Source: Yuukianura sp. NJ FZ-2021 (Eukaryota). From it: DNA of 64,000 bases. Below are positions 11,378 to 24,600 of this stretch, one piece after another. Every line of letters begins with the position of its first letter. Position 1 is the first letter of the stretch. The notes under the pieces were generated by a model, which was not told the origin of the DNA, made no database searches, and worked only from the letters and a program-made list of their open reading frames with translations. The position numbers were made by a program, and so were the translations under genes. The DNA is taken from the NCBI GenBank assembly GCA_046563655.1, contig CM102287.1:2418001-2482000 (forward strand). The letters are read 5' to 3'.

Positions 11378-14300
11378 GACCTTTGACCTTCTGCGGTGAA
11401 CACTCAAAAATTTCAAATGGACTTTTTAGTTTCCGTTTTACTTGCAAAGTTTATCAAAACACAGTAACTTTAGCAACAGTTTTCCACAAATTTCCACAAA
11501 AATTTTTCCCTTTCAAGAAAAAAAAAATGTGGCGAAATTAGTTCGTTCAAGAAATTTTCTCTGCAGTTTGCTTTCTTTTCGATTTCCTGCCTTAATTTTC
11601 CTTTGCTAAATTTCGGTTTTCTCTTTTTTTAAAAATTTGTGCTGAAAAGTACGGCTGAAAAGAAGATGGAGTTGAATATGAAAAGAATAGTAATGAAATC
11701 AACCTAATCCTCCACGTCTCTTCATTTTCTTGAGTCTAACGTTAAGGTTGGAAGAGAAAGTTGGAGAAAGCAGCTCTGCATGATTCAATTATGCCAGAAC
11801 CTCCAACAACCTAACAAAAATATCACAAAAGTTACTTTTCAACTTTCATTATTCCAATGGAACACAGAACAACGTTTTCAAAGAATAGTTTTTCTAAATG
11901 AAATCAAAAGAAAAAGACTCATCAACTTCTTCACTCTTCTCAAAATCTTACTTTTCTCTTCATTTTATTCTAATGATTAAAAACAACAAAAATAAATCAA
12001 CTCACTTTTCATTTGCTGCATTTCACTCTACAATTTCAATTTTCTTCCGAAATTTACAAATCAAGAAAATCAGAGTAAAACTTTTTTTTGTAACTTTCAC
12101 TTTTTTTTTCAATTTTTGTGAGCTGCTGAAATGAGTAGGGCATAAAAAAACAGTAGGACGTTAAAAGCAGACAGAGATTTAAAAAGTGAGCGTTTTTTGG
12201 TTGTTTTCCTTGTTAAAAAGCGGAGAAAGTTGTACTAAAAGATCATTTGGCTGCAAAGTTTAGAGCTCCTGTTTTTTAAATTTATTTGAACAGCTGAAAA
12301 GTTTTAGTAAGCTACCTGTTGGACTGTAGCTAGGAAACTGTCACTTTTTATGTTCCACTGCTTAAACTTAAACAAATTGTGTAGAAAATTGTGTGGGAAG
12401 GAGAAAGTTCTCTCCGTTTTCCCTGATTTATGAAAGTTCTTAGTAGTGGTGGAAAGTAGACATGCAATTTGGCTAAAAAGCTTCTTCTTCTCTTTAAACG
12501 ACGACTTCAGGGAAATTTAAACTCAAATCTTAACCAAAATTTAGCGTTTCCTTGGATTTTTTGCCTTTCTCTTTTTTGTAATTTACTCCACCATCTTTTG
12601 TACTCACATGAATATTTATAACAAGAAATTTCATGGTTTCTAAATTCCATTTTCCGTCTTCTGCTTTAGTTCTTGAGAGAATCTGTTGCTCCCGTGAGAA
12701 ACTTTTTTGAATTTATGATTTCCATATTCAAAAAATACGAATCTCATCTGCTCAAGCAAATATTACTTTTTACATAAAATCAAAAAGGAAACTTCACTAT
12801 TTTTAGAACTCCAAATAAATCTTTCCACACTGAAGCTAAAAAGTTGGAAGTTTTTGAAACTACGGTTTCAAAATAAGAACAAACACCGCACTGTAATTAA
12901 AACCCGCCTTTGAACGAAGTTAATTAAAATTTTGTTTTGATTGATCGCGCTTTTCCATTGTTTGTTCAAAATCAAGCAGATCTTGTTTCCAATCCTGTCT
13001 ATTCTTCACTTTTTTCTTTTTGAAAAATAAATCCAAATTTTTGAAATGTTGATAGGAAATTGAACGACCTTTGACCTTTCATTTTGGAAATCCAAAGTTA
13101 ATTCTTTATGACACTTTGTGATTAACTTTTGACATGATGATACGTTCATGATCTCAATTAATCCATGAGATTCACTTTCACCCACACATTTGAACATTGG
13201 ATTCCAACTGTCATTTTCTGTGAGACTTTCTCCCTTAGGACATCTTAGGTTATGATTTGAGGTTATAGATTGTTTTCCATCATGAAATGAATGCTGAATG
13301 TTGTGAATTTCGGAAATAGTGACTCCCCATTCCCATTTGTTTTGGTTTTAGATGAGTTTTTGTGGAGTTGGAAGACAATGACGGTGGTTTGGGATGATGG
13401 AGGGCCGACGGGAATGGAATGTGCGAAGGATTCTGAAATTCGGATTTGAAAGGAGATGGGAACTCCATTGTCTTTGTTTCCTGGAGGCTACAAACACAAT
13501 TCACAGATTCAACCAAAGATTCTGCACTCCATCACTACGTTCTACGTAGTGATGGAGATGCACTTTCACAAAAGTTACACAAATTTCATCATTAGAAAAC
13601 TAAATTTTGTGTAGAAAAAAATATTTCAAGGAGTTTTCTTTTAGAAGTTAAAAATAGAAATTTTCATGCCCAATTTCTAGCTGAACGGCGTCTATTGTTG
13701 CAAAGTTTTTACTCGGTTTAATTTTTTTTGTTTTTTAAATAGTAAAATCAAATTTACATTGAAATTGCTAGGTTTCAATGCTGGAAATTTAGAATAGCGT
13801 TGAGTGAAAATTCTTACATACTGTGTTGTAACTTTAATTTTCACATGACAGAAATGTTAGGTTGATGATAATGTTAGGGTGATAGAAATCGAGTAATAGT
13901 GTAGTGATTAAATCCGGACAACTTCTAAACCTGATAATTTCCCATTTTTTTGATTGCGACAGGAGAATGGAAAAGTTTGTTACTTTTGAGTTTTGTGTTT
14001 TTGGATTACAGCGTAAAGCACTACAAAATTTTACTTAAACCCTCCGGGCCAAGTTAAAATTCAAACCAAGGATTTGTGGTTTGCAGAAAGTAGAGAGGAG
14101 AAAGTTCCTGTCTCCAGAAAACATTCTTCAAAAACTGTTTTCTAAAATTTCCAAAAAAACTAAACGTTTTTTCTCAATTCCTTTAAATCAAGTGTTAACT
14201 AAATGTAGATTGATTTGAGGTCAAAGGTCACTCGCCCAAGACAATACATCATTCATCATTCTGCAGTCACCTGACCTTTGTCTGTGCTCGGCTTTTGAGC

Positions 14301-16167
14301 TGAAGTGAATTTAAAACAAAATTGAAGTTTTCAATTTATGCCTCACTTGTTACTCTTGTGCCTCTTTTTCACTTTTAAATTAGGTTTTGAGTCCATTGTC
14401 ACCCTGGTAGGTTCAAAAACCAATTTAGCCCCACTGTTTACCCACCAACTCAAAGTGGAAAAGGCTCTTCAAAAATATTGCAACCGGAAAATTCGGTTTA
14501 AAAATTTTGAAAAGTTTCGGTCCCCCCATAAAGCCTGAGAGGAAATGTTTGGAATACGGAAACGTTTTGGCGGAGTAGAAGATTGAATAGGATGGATAAT
14601 GATGAGCTACAAGAAGTGAGCATCACACCACGTACTTTCAAAAAGAAAAAAAAAGAGAAAGTAGTGAAAGCGACACGGCGAGTGAAAGTGAGAGCGTGTG
14701 GCTCTAAAGCGATTTTTAAGCCTCCGCCGTTGTGCCTTACAAGATAATCCTGTCGAACTCTCTTTACTTTCTCCCATTACTTTCTCCAGTCACGCTCTCC
14801 TATACGCTACTACAAGAAAAAAACAGAAAAAAGTAAGAAAAGAGGAAAGATGTAACATTTATTTTGATGTTATTTTTGTGTTAGTGTGGAGCATAAGTGT
14901 AAACAGCATCTGGAAACAAGGGGAATTCTTGTGCTAAAGTTCTAAACGACTCTGCATTCTAATTAAGAAAAGCAAACAACCTGAACGAAAGTCCCAACAC
15001 ACGCTAAATAACCTCCTCTTAGCCTAAAATAACCTCACCATAACCTTACCCTCACAAAGCCATTTACACAGTCTCCAATTTAACCAACTCACAATTTCTT
15101 AACTCTCCAAAAACCACGTAATGGTAATGCCAAATTGTTTACTTTTGCGGAAGAATTTATCTTACACGATGCACAACACATTTAGTCTGACTAACCCACT
15201 CGAAGTGTAATTTATAGCAACAATTTTTAAAAGTACGATACTTTTTTTTGAAAACTACAACACTTTTCTTCTCAAAATGTGAAAAAGTTTTTGGTTGATT
15301 TTTTTTCTTTTGCTGTATCTTTACGCCGCTTGAAATGTTTAATTTCTTTTGTATGGTTCTCGGCAAAAACTAATTTTTTTTTTCAGGTGGAGTTCGCACT
15401 ACCAAAAAGAATGTCTGTTTTTGCTTTCACTCTTGCTTTCTTTTGCTGTCTTTGCTTTTCCTTTGGAATTATTTTGCTGTTTTTGCTTTTACTTTTGAAT
15501 TTTCTTCCTGTTTTTTGACATTGTATTGTTTGAAATGAGACTTCAGTTGGCATAATTGTTGAAATGTCTGAATTGAAGTGTAAGAATGGTTAGTTTAGCG
15601 AAGAGAAACGAGAAAGTGAGTGTAACTTTATGGTTTTTTGATTGTGTAAATATAGGATTGAGGAGTTCGTGTGTGTGGCTGATGAAGAAGGATTAGTTGA
15701 AGTGGAAGAAACGGAATGTTGACTTTCTGTGTGCAGAAGAAGTGGCGGAAGAAGTAGCCAATTAGTTCTTGTTCACTCTCTTCCTCTACGCATTACTTTT
15801 ACTTTACTTTTCCTTAACTTACGTTCTTAGTCTACTTCCAACCAACTCCTTAACTCAAGTGTACTTTACAACGTCCGCAGTTTCAAAAAACTTTACAAGT
15901 CTAAATAAAAATCAGACTCTGGACCAAAAGTAAAAAATGGACTTTCAGATTTCCTCTTCTACAAAAGTCAAGCTTACACTTTATTTCCATTTCATCAAAA
16001 CAAAGGATTCAAGATTTTCTCCAAAGAACTAAAATCTCTGGTGAAATTTTAAGCTTCTTCGTGTTGTTTTGGTTCCTGGCGTATTGGAAACCAGGCTTCT
16101 TAGGCTTAATCCCGCAGGAAGTTACTTTGGATTTTTAGTTGAGAAGATGTGAGTTTTCACTTTGCAG

Positions 16168-16345
16168 TTCCAAATCCCCTGGTCGCTGGAGAACATTCCA
16201 AATTAAGCGTCAAAGTCCAAGGAGACTTCCAGTGTCCAGCACTCTCCACAAAAGACGCTGGAAGGAGCTTAAGCGCTGAAACGCTCCAACGTCTCTTGTT
16301 AGTTTTAGATTAACATCAACTTTCTCTTTCTTCAAAAACAATCGG
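16168..16345 (+). repeat. Dispersed repeat, copy 1 of 2 (other copy ~28002-28218)
   Basis: Near-identical run CGCTGGAGAA.ATTCCAAATTAAGCGTCAAAGTC...GTTAGTTTTAGATTAACATCAACTTTC at both sites, same orientation. Confidence 0.8.
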
Positions 16346-16522
16346 ATTTATTTTGGGACCGGAAACAAAATTTGCTCAATTAAGCTTAGCAAAATTTAAA
16401 AAAAAATTAAAGATTTCAACAATTTCAACAATTCAAAGAAAGTGGAGTTACTTTTATTTGAAGACTTTCGACAAAGTTGATATTTTGAGTTGATTTGTGA
16501 TAGAGGTGAGAAGTGATTGACC

Positions 16523-18603
16523 TTAGATGAGTATTCTGTGTGTTTCTACGAGTGGAGGTACTATGTTGTTTTTGATTGAAGTGGAGGAGGAGGAGGAGGT
16601 TGTGTGTGAGGTGGAGGAGGAGGGGGAGGTAGAAGAGGAGTGGGAGGAGGAGGGGATCACTTTGTACTGCGGATCTGGCAAATCTTCCTTCACAGCCAGC
16701 AGAATCCGGTACTCCTCCATTTCTGCAGCATCCACTTCTTGGATTTTGGTGGGACTTTGTTTTTTTATGGATTGTGGAGTGTGGATTGTGGATTGCGGAG
16801 AGTGGATTGTGGATTGAGGAGTGTCCGTTTTGTACCCTGTTGCTGAAAGTGGAAGTGGAGTGGATGTCAACAGTTTGGCAGGAACCATGTCATGTGTCAC
16901 CTTCAGCTTCTCAACTAATGGACTCTCGGCCTCCTTTGATGTGCTGACCACTGCTGAATCCTTGGGGGGCTCCTCAACTGTCACTTTCCCACTCACGTCT
17001 TTAAAATAAAGCACATTTTCACTTTTCAAAATTCCACAATCCGCAAAAAAAATTTTAAAAAATGTCAAACTTTCTCTGACTCAATTGACTTTTTTGACTT
17101 ACTTGATTTTGATTGACCTGCTCCTGGATTTTTGTTGTGCGTCGAATGTTGACCTGCAGTTGACCTGCGCAGGTCGTTGACCAGGTCTGCGTCTCTGAAA
17201 TGAACTGCCCTGCGTCCAGGAGTGAATGAATTGGATAATGGAAGACTAGAAGTGATGTAAGCCACGTTGTTCCGAATGCTAATGACTGACTGAGGTCGCT
17301 CTGCCAAGGGAACACTGCAGTCACCACCAAAATTATTAGAAATCATGTAAGGTCTTGAGCCAGCCCCACCGGATCTGGGTGTGGTGGCTCCAGAGTAAGG
17401 TGGGGGTGGTGGGACCATGTTCTGAGAAATATTTGGTGGGTTTCTGGGGAAAAGCGGAGGAGGGGTACTTCCGGCACTAAAGTTTGAATTTTGTCCAGGG
17501 CGTGGCTGATTTGTGATGAGGTAGCGTGGGAGAGTGGAGTAGGGGTACACTGATCCATTGTGGAGTGTTTGGGCAGAGAGGTACTGGATCAGTTGTGGAT
17601 TGAATCCATTTGATTGTGGATTGAATCCATTTGTGGATTGGTTGTTGAGTGGTGGAGTGGATGAATTGAGGTGGCCGTTGTTGTAGATGGGGTTGGTGTG
17701 GAACTGAATCCAGTCGCTGGAGTCCAGCGGTGTGTTGTTGTTGAAACTGGAAGAATTTGAATATGTGTTCAGCAGGGCACTCGATGTGGAAGACGACGCT
17801 CCAAGCGTCATTCGATACAAACCTAAAATGAGAACATGAAAGAGAAAAAATGAAAAAGTTAAAAAATTTCTTTCAAAAAAAAAACGTTCGGTCAGTGAAA
17901 CTTTCTCAGAAAAGCGTGAATAAACGTTTCCAGTCTCATTTCTTTAAAATCTCAACTATTTCTAAATTGAGTTGACCTCTGACTTGGTTTCCTCCAGAGG
18001 AAACTGAGGAAATGAGGAAACTGAGGAAATGAAACCAAGTGAAAGTGATTTTGCGGAGTAGATTAAGTGCGTGTTACCTCCAGGTAAGTGTTCTCTCCTC
18101 ATCTTCTTGTAGAAGAAACAGCAAGAACAGAAGTAGCAAGATGTCAGGATGAGCAGAAAAACGCACAAGAAAGTTCCTCCGACGATTCCGAGGATTAGAG
18201 TGGTCCTTCCAAAGGAAAATATCAAAAATCAAATCAATTTCACACCAAAACGTGCACCGAATTTCATAACAACTTTCTCCAGTTTTCTCTCTAAAAACAA
18301 ATTGAAAATTGACCAACCAAGACGCTGTTTAGAAAATTGTTTTGAAAAACTTTTTTAAATTCTTAAAAAAACAGTTGTAAATATTCCAAAAGTCCTTTTT
18401 TTAGAATTCTTACTGTAGTAATTGCGGAGCCACTTCGACTTCTATCGGTTCTGCATTTGGATCAATTGCTGTGCAGCAGTATTTATAAGTCGGAGTTCCA
18501 CAGCACGAAACAGCAGCTTTTGATTCACTCTGCGGACAGTAGAATCCAGTATTCCATTTTCCAAAAACATCCGAGTAGCCAGAACAATACTCACTCCCAA
18601 GAA
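16523..18603 (-). CDS. Shisa-like single-pass membrane protein (5' signal-peptide exon not located)
   Basis: Exon ~18603-18414 translates EYCSGYSDVFGKWNTGFYCPQSESKAAVSCCGTPTYKYCC (Shisa-type Cys domain). The next exon has a TM helix followed by CYFCSCCFFYKK. The Pro/Ser-rich tail contains PPPPPY. Confidence 0.8.
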
Positions 18604-21600
18604 CTGAAATTTCGAAAAAAAAAAAATGAAGAAGAAAATTTCAAAAAAGTAAGGAAAAATTTCATAAAAGTAATAGAAAATGAACATCGAGATAACAATA
18701 GAGTATTAGGTAAGAAAGAAACACAATGGAAACGGGAACGCATGAAAAAGTGAAAGCTCCACGCTAATCCCTCTTTATCAACTTTCTCCCGTTTCAGCCA
18801 CTTTCTCCATTTCAGCCACTTTCAGCCACTTTCTCCCTCTGGGCGCGGTGGGAAATTTTGATTTATTTATGATTCGCCTTTTCTTATGAAATGCCTAACC
18901 TAAGCCTAACCAAATAATGCCTCACTAAATCCCGGATTTGAAAAAGCGAAAATGCTTTTTCCAATATTTTTGGATTCCAAATGGAATGGATCAATTTGGA
19001 CTTTCTGCACCTAACTTTTGAGATTAGCCTAACTTTCTCCTGGGCAAAAGTAAGAATCTTTAAACTTTTATTAGAGCAGCATATGTTGACTTTCAAAGAG
19101 AGAAAGCAAGGAAGCTCACTTTTCCTCAGAATTTGGATATCCGTCTGCTCCAGATCTCCAAATTCTGAGGAAAAGACGTGCCTCTTTTTTCGAGGAGGTT
19201 TTAAGTTTCCAATCTTCGAAAATTGAGAAAGCAGATTTTGGAAAAATGGTTAGAGCTCAGTGATCAAATCACACGCAGACGATGAATCATATTGAAATTG
19301 GAGAGTGAAGATGACATTGTAACTAGAAATGTCGCCAGAGCGACATTCGACAAGGCGACATAGGGAAAACCTCTGTTTGGTCCATGATGCGGTCAGGAGC
19401 TGCCGAGAGGAAATGATCCCTAAGAGCCATTATCATCCGGATTGAGTCTCAGCACAGAACGTGCTCAGAACATCAATTTTTTATGAGAAACGACGAACAT
19501 TTTGGCACCGCACCCTCAAGGGTGCGCTCACAAAAAATTCGATGAAGAGCAAAACAGATCGAGTGAATCCATCAAATTTGCAATTTTGGCAAAAACGGAG
19601 AGAACAAAAGGCGGAAACCACGAGTTCATTTCTTCTCCACCATCGTTGGCCATTAATCATTCCTTTTTTCTTTATTTAAAGAAATGGAACAATTCCATTC
19701 TGGTTTTCAAAAAAACAAGATTGATGACAGCTCAAAGGCAACCTGCAGAGAGCGACTTTTCAAATTCATTTCTTGTTTTTACGTTGAACTTGTTGAAAAG
19801 TTTTTGTTCAAACATAGGCAGAACATGGCTTGTTCCTGTCACGAAAACATTTGAACATCAAACTGCTCAGATTACTTTTTAGAGACAGACATTTGAATTG
19901 GGCAGATTCGATTGTCATCTGCTTGCTGTCGCGATACAACTCAATTCAAAATTTTGAATTTTCAAATTTTGAAAAGACAGTCAGGGAGAGAAAGTGTCAA
20001 GGATTTTGACAGTTTTCTCATTAATTTCTGTACTTTTCATTCTAAAACGACAACCAAAACTTTTGTTTTAGGTTTTTCTGCAGAGCGTCGTTTCACAATT
20101 TGTGATTGACGTTAAGGCTAGCGCAAACAAAAAGGCACATTTTCAATTGTCATTTCTAGTAATCAATCACCAACAAAAAAATACAAATGTGACAGAATTT
20201 TGTTGAAACCTTTTTAATCTTTAAATTTTTCGACTCTCAGTCTCTATTTTTAAAAAAACTCGACTACTGTGACTTTTTTAACTAAATTTTTGTCCAATTT
20301 AGAAAGTGAGCGTGTTGCTGTGAGTTCCGGTAGAAAATTGAGGCGTGAAAGGCCGGAGTGACGACGGAAGGAGCGGAAACTCATGATTCTTTTAAAAGTC
20401 AAAATGAAAAAGAAGAAAGCGCGGGGGAAGACAAGCCAGCGTTGACTTTGTTCTTTGACATCCTCGGATCACAAAATAAGAAGTTTGGAGGCAGAGTTCA
20501 AACGGAGTGGAAGGAACGCGTCTTGCCGCATTTTTGTGTCCAAGGGCCCCCTCTCCCTTGTGAATAAATTGAATTGGTGGTTCCTTTTCCATTTCAAACA
20601 GAACAATTTTTTGGAGCGAGAGAGCATGCTATTTGACTCCCTTTAAATTTGCATCACTTCAAACGAGAAATTCCCCAACCTGAAAACCTAAGAGCGTTAT
20701 AATCCTGCTCCTCCAATCTCCAATTCTCCACTTTCTACTCAATTTCCTCTTCGTTTCTTCCGCCTTTCTCATAATCAAATTCCAATAGATTTTGTGCCTT
20801 TCACAAAACGGAAACATTCCTTGTTAACCTAACCAAAAAACCCAGCCTAAATTTCAAATTTTTCTTTGTTAGCCTAACCACAACCTCAAAATTTCAAGAA
20901 AAGAGTAATTTCGCGTTTTTTGAGAATAGTTAGCCTAAATTAGGTTAAGGTTAGGCTAATCCTAATGTATTCGGAAGAGAAAGTGGACGGAGAAAGTTAT
21001 AATGGAATTGAAACACGCAAAAAAATAATAAGCCTTTTTCTGGTTTTGCTTTTTAGACAAAAAAAAAGTTTTGCTGTTCTAAATTTTGTTTAAGAAAGGA
21101 AAACTTTTTGTGAAGTCTCCCGTTTTATTTTCGAAAATGAGAAAGATGTTTCATTTCTCGGGGAAAAAAAGAGGTTGAATATTTTTTTTAAATGCGTTCA
21201 TTGCTCTTCTGCCTGTTTTTGGCATCGTAATTTTAGCTTTCCTGGCTCCATTTAAAAAATACAATTTGGAAGCACACTTGGCTTTTTTTTTTTTTGAACT
21301 TTAAAAAAAACTTTTCTAAAAAAGTTGTTCTAAAAACACGAAGCTAAAAGAGTCAACGTAAAATGAGCACTTGGTTTCCTTTCCATTTTGGTTCGTTTGT
21401 GTCACCTCCCACCAAATGTTTGACTTGGCTCAACTCTTCCAGTCTGCTTACAGATCAAAGTGCTTTTAAAAAAAAAAAGGAAATGAGCAGCAGACAGCTT
21501 TTTTAGCATCCCTTTTTCGAAAAAGGTAAAAAAAAAGTTATACTCTGATAAAATCCAAATTTTAAAAACCAACTTTTAAAAAATTCAGATGAAATTTTTT

Positions 21601-24600
21601 TTTGACTTACTTTTGTGATCACTCCTGAGAAGTGGAAATGGTGTACTGTCAGACATGGTTTTGTTCAAGTGATCTTCAAAACAAAAAAAAAACAAATTGA
21701 AGGAGGCACACTTTTCGTCTGAAAAAGTTGAAAAAATGCACTTTCTCCTAAGAGAAAAGTGAAGAGTCACACTTTTCCTCAGATAAAAAGAACAATATAA
21801 GTTTTGTGGCTGGAGATTTTGTTTTAGCATGCCATAATAACAATTGTCCGCCAGCCGTTGTCCCTCGAGTGACAGTCTATTCCAGTTGCACTGCCATCAC
21901 GCTCTGTTCTAGTAACTTTCTATTCCCTTATGGTTAGGTTTTGGTTAGGCTAGGGTTAGGCTAAGGTTATTTCACGACAGAGTGAGCAGGAATAAGTGAA
22001 GGGAGCCACTGGAGGAAGAGTAGGAAGTGACCGAGACGCAATTTCATTCAATTTGAAGAGCCCCACCGAAGTGGGTTCGTGGAAAGCGATGTTTACACAG
22101 ACTTAGGACCCACATGGGATCACTTTTTACTCTTTGTTCTTTTTAGGCTAAAGTTAGGTTGAAGTTAGGCTGAGAGAAAGTTGTGGTGGTGGCAGAGGAA
22201 AGTCAAGAACACTACTGACGGTTCTCAGAGGAAACGAAACGCTCCAATTTGAAAACACGGAGGTTTTGGTCTAAAAACCGAATCGGGGGAAATGTTTTTT
22301 TTTTGTACAGTGTGCGCAGAAGCTACGGTGGCTAAAAGTTGTGGAAGTTCCATGCAAGTAGCGTTGAGAGTTAGGTTGGCCTATGTTTAAAGATGATTAT
22401 TTCCGCTAGCTTTGGTTCTCATAATGACGAAATGGAATCCCCCCATTCACCAAACCCAAAGGCCCTTACTCTAAAAATATTACTTTCTCATTAAAATATG
22501 AACACAACCAAATGGAATTGGACCCCTAACATATGTACTTTATACATTTCCACTACTTTCAAAAAAATCCACAGTCAAAAAGTCAACTTAAATTTAGTGT
22601 TTTGTGGAATTTTTCATTTCAAAATTTTCAAAATTCCAACTTTCTCGTTTTGAATTTTGATGTTATTGGTGACTATAAGGATATTTTTGGTTTTAGTTTT
22701 TAATATTTTCCATAGAGTAGTAAATAGTGAATTTTGAAGTTTATGGAAGGAGGGAGATGATTTAGTTGGAAATGAATGTTGAGTAAGAGGCTGTTGAAGA
22801 GTAGACAAAGGAGAGTTGGAATGGATGTGGATTCCACTTGAATGAACTCCACTTCTCATTACAACTCATAAAAGACAAATCCAAAGAACATCATCAACTT
22901 CCTATTGTTTGGAGATCTCGTAAATAGAACTCCACACTATTCAAACACAACTCTAAAGAGAAAGTTCCAACTTGTGATCTCTGGAGAAAGGAGTTTAAGA
23001 AAGCCATAATTTAGTTTCTCAGATCCATTGCACTTGACGGCAATCACCAACCAAATCACCACTTTCCAGCCAACACTCTTGGCTTTTACTTTTTAAGACT
23101 TTGATTTCACAACTAAACAGAGTCTAACCTAACATTTGTGGAGAAAAGAGAAAGTGAAAGTGAAGGTTTTAATAGTCTGAGAAAGGAGTGAAATGCCCGC
23201 ATTGTGACATTGAGACAGAGACGCATTGTGCTAGTTAAGAAAAGAGTAATTTAGGGGAACAGTTAATTACAAAGTGGGAACATAAGGGCCACTTACAACT
23301 TCTGCTTAACTTAATTGCTTAAAACTACTACTTACACAATCCCTAATTGCTCAAACCAACTTCTTTTTGTGAAATTAAACTCCATTTGTTCCAATTTACA
23401 ACCCACCTTACAAACTTTAAACTCAAAACTTTCACCTTTCCAAACTTTGAAAAAAGTTACAAAAGAATCAGAGCTTTTAAAAAGTTAGGAAAAAATCAGA
23501 GTTTTTAAATTAGACTTTTAATGCTTTGAATTCCTTAATTTTTCAAAGGAAATTGGAGAAAAGAGAATGAAAGTAGGAAAAGTTTACTTTTCATTGGCAC
23601 TTCACTTTGACTTTGATTAGTCATTAGGAAATTTTTAAGGAAAAAAAAAACTTATTTACATTAGAGTTCCAGAATTAAAAAGTAATTTAATTAGAATTTT
23701 TCAAAGTTCAAAAACAAAAATCAAAATATGGGAAAAAACGCCAGATGAAAAAGAAAATCCGTTTTTCTACTCTTTTTTTCTCAGTTTGTGTTAGTTTGGA
23801 GGTATTCGGGTTGCGAATTTGGTAGTACCTGGCGTTAAAGTTTAGTATTAAAACTTGAACTTTTTTTAAGTGAAAGTAGGAAACGGAGTAGGTATGAGTG
23901 GAAATGAGTGTTTGTGGTTAAAATGCATTTGTTTGTGTAGACAAAGGGGAATTAGGATTTGGGTTAAACGTGGATTGCCATTAGACGAGAGCAAACGACT
24001 ACAATTTGTTCTAAAACACAGTTTTTGGAGCACCAGAGATGAAATCTGGACCACACATCATTAATTATTCATGTCACCTTCACTATGCACCAACCTAACT
24101 TTAGACTAATCTAATCTCTGCCGTTAGCCTGACATGGTTGCAGAGTAGTGTAATTTTAATTATGCTTAGTAATTAAAAGTAGGATGGATCATAAAGTAGA
24201 GACAGGAGGATTGACACTCTCCATTATAAATGAACTTTCCCTCCGTGGGAATTTGGAATTTGGGAAATTTTGAATGTAACTTTCTGCCGCCAAGTGACAA
24301 GACAAAGTTTAATGAGCCTTCCTCCCCACAAACTCTCACTTTCGACTCAATTTTCCTCGCGAGAGGTTCCGGAAACCGCGGCGGTGCGGTGGCAACGGCG
24401 GCGATGAACTTCCTTCTGCTTTCCAGCGATTCAAGAAACGCTTTGAACTAAACGCATCTTGTACTTCCTCCTCCCTCGGCTCAATTACATTGTGAAAAAG
24501 TGAGGTTTTAAGTTAGGTGCCTAAGGTAAAAAAAGAGAAAGGAGCGGGTGAAAGTACAGAGATGGATGGGCATCATCAAAACACTAAGACTTTCTCCTTC

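Larger units (their letters stand above)
6718..11563. repeat. Tandem triplication, units ~6718-8210, 8211-9878, 9879-~11563
   Basis: Each unit begins GCTCACTCAATTGTTGCTGCGTA and contains the last exon of the microprotein gene plus one copy of the minus-strand secreted gene. Confidence 0.9.

Noticed and set aside
11600..16100. Short Phe/Lys-rich ORFs in the long intergenic stretch
   Set aside because: Compositional ORFs from A/T runs, with no coherent splice structure or protein motifs.
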